DNA from: Myxococcales bacterium
Lineage (GTDB): Bacteria > Myxococcota_A > Polyangia > Polyangiales > DASUME01
Direction of reading: 5' to 3'
Assembly: GCA_047601445.1 (NCBI GenBank)
Contig: JASGJH010000001.1
Span: 5,824,001 to 5,888,000, forward strand
Length of the DNA: 64,000 bases
The position numbers and the translations under genes are program-made. The notes beneath the pieces were generated by a model. It saw nothing but the letters and a program-made list of their open reading frames with translations. It searched no databases and was not told the origin of the DNA. The number at the start of each line of letters is the position of its first letter. Position 1 is the stretch's first letter. Below are positions 29,551-37,874 of this stretch, in pieces.

Positions 29551-30407
29551 AGTCGTTGGCTGGTCTGGGATGGAGTCTCTTGTTGTTGGCCTGTGCGTGC
29601 GGACCCAAGGCCGCTGAGCCAGGTGCGCCCGCGCCGGACGCGTCGATACCGAAGGTGGCGGCACCCGCAGAGGTCCCCGTCATCCAGGTGGCGGCCGCCT
29701 CCGATCTCACGCCCGCCCTGCAGGCGATGGCGCCCGAGTTCGAGCGCGCCACGGGCAAGAAGGTTTCCCTGACCTTTGCCGCCACCGGCATCTTGGCCAA
29801 GCAGATCGCCGAAGGCGCGCCCTTCGACGTGTTCGCGGCGGCCAACGAGTCCTTCGTGGACCAGGTGATCGAAAAGGGCGCCTGCGACGCGAGCACCAAA
29901 GCGCCCTACTCGGAGGGACGCCTCGTGCTGTGGCAGCGCAAGGACGTCCAGGACCCCCTGCCCGACTGGCCCGCGCTCAAGAACGCCAAGTACAAACACA
30001 TCGCCATCGCCAACCCCGAGCACGCCCCTTACGGCAAGGCCGCCAAGCAGACCCTCGAGAAGCTCGACCTGTGGCAAGCAGTCGAGTCGCGCATCGTCTA
30101 CGGAGAGAACGTCAAGCAGACCATGCAATTCGCGGAGAGCGGCAACGCCGAGCTGGCCTTCGTCGGACTCTCGCTGGCGCTGGCGAGTGACGGCAACTAC
30201 CGCGAGGTGAGCCCCGAGCTCCACCAGCCCATCAAGCAGACCATCGTGGTCTGCAAAAACGGCAAGGCCCAGGCCGCAGGCAAGCTGTTCGCGGAGTACC
30301 TCAACAGCCCCGAAGGGCGGCGCGTGTTGAACGCGCACGGTATCCTGTTTCCCCACGAGTCACTGGCCGGCTCGGACAAGAAGCCAGACGCCGCAGCACC
30401 CAAGTGA
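29547..30407 (+). CDS. modA: Molybdate ABC transporter substrate-binding lipoprotein
   Basis: AAASDL, QIAEGAPFDVF, IANPEHAPYG and GENV; ATGA overlap with the regulator. Confidence 0.92.
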   Translation: MKSLAGLGWSLLLLACACGPKAAEPGAPAPDASIPKVAAPAEVPVIQVAAASDLTPALQAMAPEFERATGKKVSLTFAATGILAKQIAEGAPFDVFAAANESFVDQVIEKGACDASTKAPYSEGRLVLWQRKDVQDPLPDWPALKNAKYKHIAIANPEHAPYGKAAKQTLEKLDLWQAVESRIVYGENVKQTMQFAESGNAELAFVGLSLALASDGNYREVSPELHQPIKQTIVVCKNGKAQAAGKLFAEYLNSPEGRRVLNAHGILFPHESLAGSDKKPDAAAPK

Positions 30408-31069
30408 GCTTCCAACCCCTCGCGCTCTCCTTTCAGATCGCCGTGATCGCGACCGTATTGGCGCTCCTGGTGGGCGTGTCGGTGGCGGCCATCGCGGCGC
30501 TCTGGCGCTCGCGGCTCGGGGACCTGCTCGACGCGCTGATCACGGCGCCCATGGTGCTGCCACCCACGGTGCTCGGATACTACTTGCTGGTGGCGCTCGG
30601 ACGTCAGAGCGTGATCGGCCGCGCCTTCGAGTCGCTCACCGGCTCCTCCATCGTGTTCACGCGCAGTGGTGCCGTGGTGGCCGCCACGTTCGGAGCGCTA
30701 CCCTTGATCACCAAGGCTGCCCGCGCCGCCATGGAAGACGTGGACCCGACGTTGGTCGCCGCCGCCCGCTCGCTCGGCGCCACCTCGCTGCGCGCCTTCA
30801 CCAGCGTGACCTTGCCCCTGGCCCGTGGTGGCATCGTGGCCGGGGCCACGCTCGGCTTCGCCCGGGCGCTGGGCGACTTCGGCGTCACGTTGATGCTGGC
30901 GGGCAACATCCCGGGCCTCACGCGCACGGCCTCGCTCGCCATCTACGACGCCGTGCAGGCCAATCGCGAGCAGGAGGCGCTCGGCATGGTGCTCGTGCTC
31001 AGCGCGCTCGCGCTGGCAACCCTCTACACAGTGAATCGCCTCCAGCGCCGGAGCTACCGTGGCCTCTGA
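30404..31069 (+). CDS. modB: Molybdate ABC transporter permease
   Basis: PMVLPPTVLGYYLL and FARALGDFGVTLMLAGNIPG. Confidence 0.93.
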   Translation: MSFQPLALSFQIAVIATVLALLVGVSVAAIAALWRSRLGDLLDALITAPMVLPPTVLGYYLLVALGRQSVIGRAFESLTGSSIVFTRSGAVVAATFGALPLITKAARAAMEDVDPTLVAAARSLGATSLRAFTSVTLPLARGGIVAGATLGFARALGDFGVTLMLAGNIPGLTRTASLAIYDAVQANREQEALGMVLVLSALALATLYTVNRLQRRSYRGL

Positions 31070-31706
31070 GCTCGAGGTCGAGCTGCGCGTGCAGGCCGGG
31101 CGGCGTGCCAATCACGAGATCGCGCTCGAGCTACGCGTGCCCGCGGGAGTCAGCGCCTTGTGCGGGCCTTCGGGGATCGGCAAGACCACGGTGCTCAACG
31201 CCATCGCGGGTTTGTTTCGACCTGACATGGCCGAGATTCGCCTCGCCGAACGCACGCTGTTTTCGAGCCGGAGCGGGGTGGACTTGCCACCGGAGCGCCG
31301 CCGTGTGGGCTTCGTGTTCCAGAGCTTGGCCCTATTCCCTCATTTGAGTGCCATCGACAACGTCGCCTATGGCTTGCCCAAGACTACAACCGATCGCAGA
31401 CGCGAGGCCCAGCGCTGGCTCGAGCGCACGCAGGTTCCCCATCTGGCCCAGCGCAAGCCCAACACCTTCTCCGGCGGCGAAGCCCAGCGCGTGGCTCTCG
31501 CGCGCGCCCTCGCCAGCAGCCCGCAACTGCTCCTGCTGGACGAGCCGTTCACGGCCCTGGAAGAAGATCTGCGCGTGCGGCTGGGCGGCGAGGTCGTTCA
31601 GATCGTGTCCGAGCTCGGCATTCCATGTCTGCTCGTAACGCACGACCGGGCCGAGGCTGGACGTCTGGCACAAAGGATCTTCGAGCTACGCGCCGGCGGA
31701 CGTTGA
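31059..31706 (+). CDS. modC: Molybdate ABC transporter ATPase (short, no TOBE domain)
   Basis: GPSGIGKT, SGGEAQR, LLLLDEP and VTHD; LPPERRRVGFVFQ. Confidence 0.88.
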   Translation: MASELEVELRVQAGRRANHEIALELRVPAGVSALCGPSGIGKTTVLNAIAGLFRPDMAEIRLAERTLFSSRSGVDLPPERRRVGFVFQSLALFPHLSAIDNVAYGLPKTTTDRRREAQRWLERTQVPHLAQRKPNTFSGGEAQRVALARALASSPQLLLLDEPFTALEEDLRVRLGGEVVQIVSELGIPCLLVTHDRAEAGRLAQRIFELRAGGR

Positions 31707-31716
31707 AGGGCAACTA

Positions 31717-31992
31717 TTAGTTGCGGTTGCTCTCGAGTTCGCTGTGGACGTGCTCCTGCTCGCGGCGCGCATGCAGCACCAGCAGCGCCTGACCCAGTGT
31801 GTTCCATACGCTCTCCACGCTCTCGGCATCGAAGCGCAGCGTGAGCGGGCCGAAGTGCAACGACAGTGTGTTGCAATGGGCACAGCGTTGGACGTGTAGC
31901 GAGTGGCTGCGCGCCAACGTCTCCAGTCGGCAGCCTTCGGCACGTTGGCCGTTTGGTCGTGGGCTCAGATGGCCGAGGACTCCGGATTTCAT
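31717..31992 (-). CDS. Small Cys/His-rich hypothetical protein
   Basis: C...HSLHVQRCAHCNTLSLHFGPLTLRF; lies downstream of Fur/Zur-like boxes. Confidence 0.6.
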   Translation of the reverse strand: MKSGVLGHLSPRPNGQRAEGCRLETLARSHSLHVQRCAHCNTLSLHFGPLTLRFDAESVESVWNTLGQALLVLHARREQEHVHSELESNRN

Positions 31993-32043
31993 GCGGCTCA
32001 CGCTCCCCCGCCGGCCCGCGAATGTGGTCGGCGCGACGATTAA

Positions 32044-32126
32044 TTGAAAACTGTTTTCAACAACAAGCAGGATCTATCCCCAATAGACGGCGCAGGCAAG
32101 CTAATTGGAAATCGATAATCGATTTC
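32044..32126. promoter_or_regulatory. Two Fur/Zur-like palindromes
   Basis: TTGAAAAC-T-GTTTTCAA (32044-32060) and GAAATCGAT-A-ATCGATTTC (32108-32126), both perfect. Confidence 0.65.
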
Positions 32127-32681
32127 ATGTATGCGAGAATTGGCCGAGCTCGGGTCTCAACGGTGCCTGGGCACGCTCCCTCTTGCTCGACTTCATGGCG
32201 CGCAGGAGGGCAACGTCTGTTCGAGGGCTCGCGCTTGCAGGGCCGCTGCAGTCTTGTTCGAGAGCACGCGGCGATGACGGATTGGCTCGAGTGACCACTC
32301 GGAGAAAAGGCACGTGTGGCGTCGTCAACCCATCGACCCGCGTCTGCACGCTAGAGGGAACTGCTTTGCCTTCCGATGTAACGCCGAAACGCCGTGATCA
32401 GACCGGGCCGCAAGGCCCGAAAAGACAGTCCGTAAATGCTTTGCACGACATAGCCCGCCCTTTTCACGACATGGCGAGCGAGGGGACGTGAACCACGGGT
32501 TAACAGTTTTGGGCCAAGCCTTCGCGCGCTGCTGACTGACGCGAGGGGAAATGCGTGAGTACGCCGTTCACTAGCGTGACTGCTTGGGAAACTTCGGTAG
32601 ACACACCGTAAATAAAGCCGCGCTTACTGGCTCAAGCGCCCGAGTCGCGTTCGACGCACTGGCTTCGACCTGGGGGGGTCT

Positions 32682-34682
32682 ATGTTGTTCCTCGGCAGTT
32701 TCTTACTTGCGGGGTCGCTCTGGGCTAGCCCGCTCGCACTACTGATTCTCGTTCACCCGTGGCTTTGCGTCGTCGGGGGCATGGTGTGCTTGGCCGTTCC
32801 ATGCCTTCTCCTTCACTTGATACGGCGCCGCGTGTCCCGTGTTCCCCGCATCGATCCGGCCGCCCTCCTGATTTGCGTGTTCTTCGGCTTCGCTGGCGTG
32901 GCCCTGCTGGCCGCCTCCACGCTCACGGCTGAGGCCCTGGTGGCGGCGCCGTTGATGACCAGCATCCGTGTGGCCAATACCCTGGTGGCCATGATGCTGT
33001 GCGTGGCCCTGGTGCACGAGGTTCATGTGGCCTCACGCGAGCCCGTGGCAGCCCACTACCGGCAGAACCTCGAGCGGGAGGTCGACAATCACCGCCTGGC
33101 CGAGGTCAGCTTGCGCCGCAACGAGGCCCGCTATCGCAGCTTGATCGACGCCTCGTGCTCCCTGGTCTGGGTGACCGATCAGCTCGGGCAGAAGATGGTC
33201 GATGGTGGCGGAGTCCAGGACCTCACGGGCGGTCTAACCAACGGAGAGCCGCTCGAGTGGCCGCGTGTGATTCACCCGTCCGACCTGACCTCCTTCGTGA
33301 CCCGCTGGCGAGCCGGCATCGCAAGCGGCCGCGCCTTCGAGGGCGAGGCTCGTTTCGTGAGCGACGGCGACCAGGACTACCGCACGTCCCTGGTGCGCGC
33401 CGCCCCCGTGCTGGGCGACGACGGCAGCGTGGCGGAGTGGGTGGTCTCGCTGCGCGACATCGACGAGATCAAGCGCACCGAGAGCGAGCGTCGAAACCTG
33501 CAGCAGCGCGCCCTCGAGTCGAAGCACTTCGAGAGCCTGGGCGTGCTCGCCGGCGGTCTGGCCCATGACTTCAACAACTTACTCGTGGGCGTGATGGGGC
33601 ACGCCGAGCTCATCGCGCGCCGCGTGGAGGCGAACTCGCCTCTTCAAGAGAACGCCACCTGCATCGTGGACTCGGCCGAGCGCGCGGCTCAGCTGTGCAA
33701 GAAGATGCTGGCTTTTGCCGGCAAGGGCCGCTACCTGCCCGAGCGCAGCGAGCTCGCCATCGTGGTGAAGAACATGCAGCAAAGCATGGTCGCGAGCATG
33801 CCCAAGCACATCAAGCTCAGCTTCGAGCACCAAGAGAACGTGCCCTCGGTGGACATCAACCCGGACGAACTACGTCAGCTGCTGGCGATCTTCGTCACCA
33901 ACTCGGTGGAGGCCCTGGAGGCGCGCACGCGCGGGCAGATCCGAGTCGTCACTGGGAGTCGCTTCTTTTCGGCCGAGGAGCTGGCGCTGACCAAGCTCGG
34001 TTCGGCGTGCCTCGAGGGGGTGTATGCTTTCCTGGAAGTGCACGACGATGGTCCGGGGATTGCGCCGGACATCATGCCCAAGATCTTCGAGCCCTTCTTC
34101 TCCACCAAGTTCCTCGGACGTGGCTTGAGCCTGGCCGCCGCGCTCGGCATCGCGCGCACCCACGCGGGCACCGTGGACATCACCTCGCGTCAGGGGGCGA
34201 CTTGCGCGCGCTTGCTCTTGCCTGTGCTGCGCCCGGACAGCGACATCAACCAGCTGCGCCCCGTGGTGGGTCGCGAGGCACAGGGCACTGTGCTCGTGGT
34301 GGACGACGACACGGACGTGCGAGAACTCGCGCGGCTCACCCTGGAGGACATCGGAGTGCGCGTCATGACCGCCAGCTCGGGCGAAGAGTGCGTGAAGATC
34401 TATCGCGAGCTCCACGCCGAGATCGACCTGGTGCTGCTCGACCTCACTATGCCCGGCATGGACGGCGCAACGGCGCTCCGGGCACTGAGCGAGATCCAGC
34501 CTGGCGTACGCGTGATCCTCACGAGTGGCTATCTCGCCGCCGACGCCATCGAGCGCATCGGTGCGCAGGGGGTGGAGGGCTTCGTGCAGAAGCCCTGGCG
34601 TCCCAGCGCGCTGGCCAAGCGCATGTCGAACGCGCTGGCGCGGCGTGGCGAAGCCCTCTGGGCCCGCGCGGAGCGGAACTAG
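32682..34682 (+). CDS. Membrane hybrid histidine kinase (PAS-HisKA-HATPase-REC)
   Basis: LAHDFNNLL, DDGPG, FEPFFSTK; receiver VVDDD, LLDLTMP and KP. Start uncertain. Confidence 0.9.
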   Translation: MLFLGSFLLAGSLWASPLALLILVHPWLCVVGGMVCLAVPCLLLHLIRRRVSRVPRIDPAALLICVFFGFAGVALLAASTLTAEALVAAPLMTSIRVANTLVAMMLCVALVHEVHVASREPVAAHYRQNLEREVDNHRLAEVSLRRNEARYRSLIDASCSLVWVTDQLGQKMVDGGGVQDLTGGLTNGEPLEWPRVIHPSDLTSFVTRWRAGIASGRAFEGEARFVSDGDQDYRTSLVRAAPVLGDDGSVAEWVVSLRDIDEIKRTESERRNLQQRALESKHFESLGVLAGGLAHDFNNLLVGVMGHAELIARRVEANSPLQENATCIVDSAERAAQLCKKMLAFAGKGRYLPERSELAIVVKNMQQSMVASMPKHIKLSFEHQENVPSVDINPDELRQLLAIFVTNSVEALEARTRGQIRVVTGSRFFSAEELALTKLGSACLEGVYAFLEVHDDGPGIAPDIMPKIFEPFFSTKFLGRGLSLAAALGIARTHAGTVDITSRQGATCARLLLPVLRPDSDINQLRPVVGREAQGTVLVVDDDTDVRELARLTLEDIGVRVMTASSGEECVKIYRELHAEIDLVLLDLTMPGMDGATALRALSEIQPGVRVILTSGYLAADAIERIGAQGVEGFVQKPWRPSALAKRMSNALARRGEALWARAERN

Positions 34683-34724
34683 GGACACCCCGACACCCCG
34701 TAGAGCGCAGATTGGGTCGGCGCT

Positions 34725-35669
34725 CTAGCGAGTGGCGGGGAAGTTACGACGCTTGAGCTCGTCAGCGAGCGATTCGAGCTTGGCCTGACACACGGCGTCG
34801 AGCTTGCGCTTCTCGCCGAGCGCGAGCGCAAGCGAGCGAGCGTCGGTGTTGCGGTGGGAGAGGGCGAGCACTTCCTGGTGCACGCCGTGAAAGCGCGCCA
34901 GCGCTTGGCGGGCTGGCTCGAGCGAGCCCTTCTTCGCGTCCGGATCGAGCTGGCGGGAGAGCTGGTCTAGCGCCGCAGACGCCTTGGTCAGTGACGTCGC
35001 CATCTCGGACTCGTAGCGACGCATCTCGTTCTCGTCGAGGGTCGCGATGTGAGGACCCTCGAGCACCTGGATCTCGCGGACCCCGAGCATCACGGCTTGC
35101 TTCAGGTTTTGGAGCTCGAACTCGTTCAATGCGTGCGTGCCTGGTACGCCGTCGAGCGCGCGCTCGAGCTCGTTCGCTGCCTGGGAAGCCGCTCCGAACG
35201 AGAGACGCTGGGCCTTGAGGTTGGTGTTCTCCACGGCGAGAGACAGGATCTCCTCATCGAGCTTTTGGCATTGGGTGAACTCGCTGCGGAACTCTCCGAC
35301 CAGCGCGAGCTCACCCCTGTAGTCGAGGTCCTTCACCAGCGACTCGAGTCGGTCGAGCCCGCTGCTCACTTGACGTGTCTCATCGCGCGCCTCTTGCGCG
35401 AACTCGCGCGAGAGCTCGTCCGTGTCCGCCAGGACCGCGCGGTGGATGGCGTCGCCGGCGCGCGCGAAGTGCACGCGCATCTCGCTGGATAGTTTGCGGG
35501 CCTCGAGCAGCTCGCTGAACGCAGGCGCGAGGTTGCCTCTGCAGGCGACAGCGAGCAGCGCCATCGCCGCGATCGCGATCCAGGCCGTGCCACGCAAGCG
35601 AGCACGGGGAACCCGGCGGAGACCTGGCTTCCCCCTGCTTTCGACCTGCGCTCGCGCTTGGCCTTGCAT
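34725..35669 (-). CDS. Helical (four-helix-bundle-like) putative lipoprotein divergent from kdp
   Basis: Hydrophobic segment ending LLAVAC; two helical repeats ending ILSLAVENTN and VLALSHRNTD. Start uncertain. Confidence 0.65.
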   Translation of the reverse strand: MQGQARAQVESRGKPGLRRVPRARLRGTAWIAIAAMALLAVACRGNLAPAFSELLEARKLSSEMRVHFARAGDAIHRAVLADTDELSREFAQEARDETRQVSSGLDRLESLVKDLDYRGELALVGEFRSEFTQCQKLDEEILSLAVENTNLKAQRLSFGAASQAANELERALDGVPGTHALNEFELQNLKQAVMLGVREIQVLEGPHIATLDENEMRRYESEMATSLTKASAALDQLSRQLDPDAKKGSLEPARQALARFHGVHQEVLALSHRNTDARSLALALGEKRKLDAVCQAKLESLADELKRRNFPATR

Positions 35670-35751
35670 GTCTTCCTGCCTTACCACGCTCGCGCGGCTT
35701 GGCAGACTCGGTGGTGGGCGGTGGTTCGTGCGCCCGACGGGGCCAGGGCGC

Positions 35752-35799
35752 CTTGACACTTTCTTGATGCGCGCCGGGGACCCCTTGACGCCTCCTTGA
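35752..35799 (+). promoter_or_regulatory. Probable KdpE binding sites
   Basis: CTTGA at 35752, 35763, 35784 and 35795 (spacing 11/21/11) upstream of the kdp operon. Confidence 0.65.
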
Positions 35800-35906
35800 G
35801 CGCTCGGAGCACTACAACGAAAGAGCGATGGGCCGCGCTGCTCAGCATCGTTCGCGAACGAAGCTCACCTCGCAGCGCTGGCACACGCACGGCCAAGGAG
35901 CGCCCT

Positions 35907-35987
35907 ATGGATCTCGTGTTCACTAGCCTCACGGTCGGGTTCTTTTTGGTGACCTGGGGCTTCGTCAAGTTGTGCGAGCACATCTAG
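35907..35987 (+). CDS. 26-aa membrane peptide upstream of kdpF
   Basis: AAGGAG RBS; MDLVFTSLTVGFFLVTWGFVKLCEHI. Confidence 0.7.
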   Translation: MDLVFTSLTVGFFLVTWGFVKLCEHI

Positions 35988-36024
35988 TCGAGGCTGCGCT
36001 CGCTCGTGTGAATCGGAGGTTTCC

Positions 36025-36117
36025 GTGACTGCACTGCATGTCATCGGCGGCGGACTCTCGCTTGCCCTCTTGGTGTATCTGCTGTTCGCACTGCTCTACC
36101 CGGAGAAGCTGTCATGA
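36025..36117 (+). CDS. kdpF: K+-transporting ATPase subunit F (absent from the ORF track)
   Basis: GGAGG RBS, GTG start; MTALHVIGGGLSLALLVYLLFALLYPEKLS; ATGA overlap with kdpA. Confidence 0.9.
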   Translation: MTALHVIGGGLSLALLVYLLFALLYPEKLS

Positions 36118-37862
36118 CCTGGAACGCGGTCGTGCAATGCGGCCTCTATCTGACGGTGCTGACCGCACTCGGTCTGCCCCTCGGTAGCTACATGGCGCGC
36201 GTCTACACGGGCGAGGCACGAGTCGCCCAGCGCGTGCTCGGTCCGCTCGAGCGCCTGTTCTATCGGCTCGCCGGCGTACGCGCGGACGACGACATGGGCT
36301 GGCCGCGCTATGCGCTTTCCGTCCTGGTCTTCGGCCTGTTCGGGACCTTGGTGGTGTACGTGTTGATGCGGGTGCAGCACGCGCTTCCGCTCAACCCCGC
36401 GCAGATGCCGGCTGTCGATCCCGAGGTCAGCTTCAACACCGCGGTGAGCTTCGCCAGCAACACCAACTGGCAGGCCTACGGCGGCGAGAGCACGCTCAGC
36501 TACTTCACCCAGATGGTGGCGCTCACGGTGCAGAACTTCGTGTCTGCGGCGGCGGGCATGGCGGTGCTGGTGGCGCTGGTGCGCGGGTTCACGCGTCGTC
36601 AGGCGAGCGGCGTCGGCAACTTCTGGGTCGACATGACCAAGAGCACACTCTACGTGCTGCTTCCGCTGTCCATCGTGCTTGCCCTCTTGCTCGTCAGTCA
36701 GGGTGTGGTGCAGACCTTTGGCCCCTATGCGCATGCCAAGCTGCTCGAGCCGATCAAGCACGCGAACGGCACCACGATCAGCGAGCAAGTTCTGGCCCTC
36801 GGTCCGGCTGCCTCGCAAATCGCGATCAAGCAACTCGGCACCAATGGCGGCGGCTTCTTCAACGTGAACTCGGCGCACCCCTTCGAGAACGCCACGCCGT
36901 TCTCGAACTTCCTCGAGGTGCTGTCCATCCTGCTCATCCCGGCGGCCCTCTGTTTCACCTTTGGCGCGCTCATCAAGGATCGCCGCCAGGGCTTCGCGCT
37001 CTACGCGGCCATGCTGGCCATCTTCGTGCCGCTGCTCATCCTGTGCGTCGCTGCGGAGCAACACGGAAACCCCGTGCTCGGTGCGCTCGGCGTCGACCAG
37101 GCCGAGCACGCACTGTCGGTGGGCGGGAACATGGAGGGCAAGGAGGTGCGCTTCGGGATCGCCAACAGCGGACTGTGGGCGGTCGCTACCACGGCGGCCT
37201 CCAACGGGTCGGTGAATGCGATGCACGACAGCTTCACGCCGCTCGGCGGCCTCGTGCCGATGTGGTTGATGCAGCTCGGTGAGATCGTCTTCGGCGGTGC
37301 GGGCTCGGGGCTCTACGGCATGCTGATGTACGCCATTATCGCGGTGTTCATCGCCGGGCTGATGGTGGGTCGCACGCCCGAATACCTGGGCAAGAAAATC
37401 GAGGCCTATGAGATGAAGATGGCCTCGCTGGTGATCTTGCTGCCCGCAGCCGCGGTGTTGCTCGGCACGGCCATCGCGTGCGTGGTACCGGCGGGCTCGG
37501 CCAGCCTGGGCAATCCCGGGGTGCACGGCTTTAGCGAGATCTTGTACGCGTTCTCTTCCGGCAGCAATAACAACGGCTCGGCCTTTGGTGGCATCACGGT
37601 GAGCGGGATGTTCTACGCCACGGCCATCGGCATCTGCATGTTGATCGGACGCTTCTGGGTGATGGTGCCGGTGCTGGCCATCGCGGGCTCTCTGGCAAAG
37701 AAGAAACTCGTGCCGCCCAGCGCAGGTACCTTGCCCACGCACACCCCGCTCTTCGTGGGCCTCCTGGTGGGCACGGTGGTGCTGGTGGGAGCGCTCACCT
37801 TCATTCCCTCGCTGGCGCTTGGGCCAGTGGTCGAACACCTGCTCCTGCACACCCACGGCTGA
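36114..37862 (+). CDS. kdpA: K+-transporting ATPase subunit A
   Basis: NTNWQAYGGE, KQLGTNGGGFF, SNGSVNAMHDS and NNNGSAF. Confidence 0.97.
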   Translation: MTWNAVVQCGLYLTVLTALGLPLGSYMARVYTGEARVAQRVLGPLERLFYRLAGVRADDDMGWPRYALSVLVFGLFGTLVVYVLMRVQHALPLNPAQMPAVDPEVSFNTAVSFASNTNWQAYGGESTLSYFTQMVALTVQNFVSAAAGMAVLVALVRGFTRRQASGVGNFWVDMTKSTLYVLLPLSIVLALLLVSQGVVQTFGPYAHAKLLEPIKHANGTTISEQVLALGPAASQIAIKQLGTNGGGFFNVNSAHPFENATPFSNFLEVLSILLIPAALCFTFGALIKDRRQGFALYAAMLAIFVPLLILCVAAEQHGNPVLGALGVDQAEHALSVGGNMEGKEVRFGIANSGLWAVATTAASNGSVNAMHDSFTPLGGLVPMWLMQLGEIVFGGAGSGLYGMLMYAIIAVFIAGLMVGRTPEYLGKKIEAYEMKMASLVILLPAAAVLLGTAIACVVPAGSASLGNPGVHGFSEILYAFSSGSNNNGSAFGGITVSGMFYATAIGICMLIGRFWVMVPVLAIAGSLAKKKLVPPSAGTLPTHTPLFVGLLVGTVVLVGALTFIPSLALGPVVEHLLLHTHG

Positions 37863-37874
37863 AAGAGATTGATC

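Noticed and set aside
32105..32491. 128-aa ORF downstream of the Fur-like boxes
   Set aside because: TTG start inside the palindrome region, no RBS, and non-protein-like composition.
35800..35906. c-di-AMP (ydaO) riboswitch before kdp
   Set aside because: Consensus elements not seen; KdpDE and its probable boxes are present.
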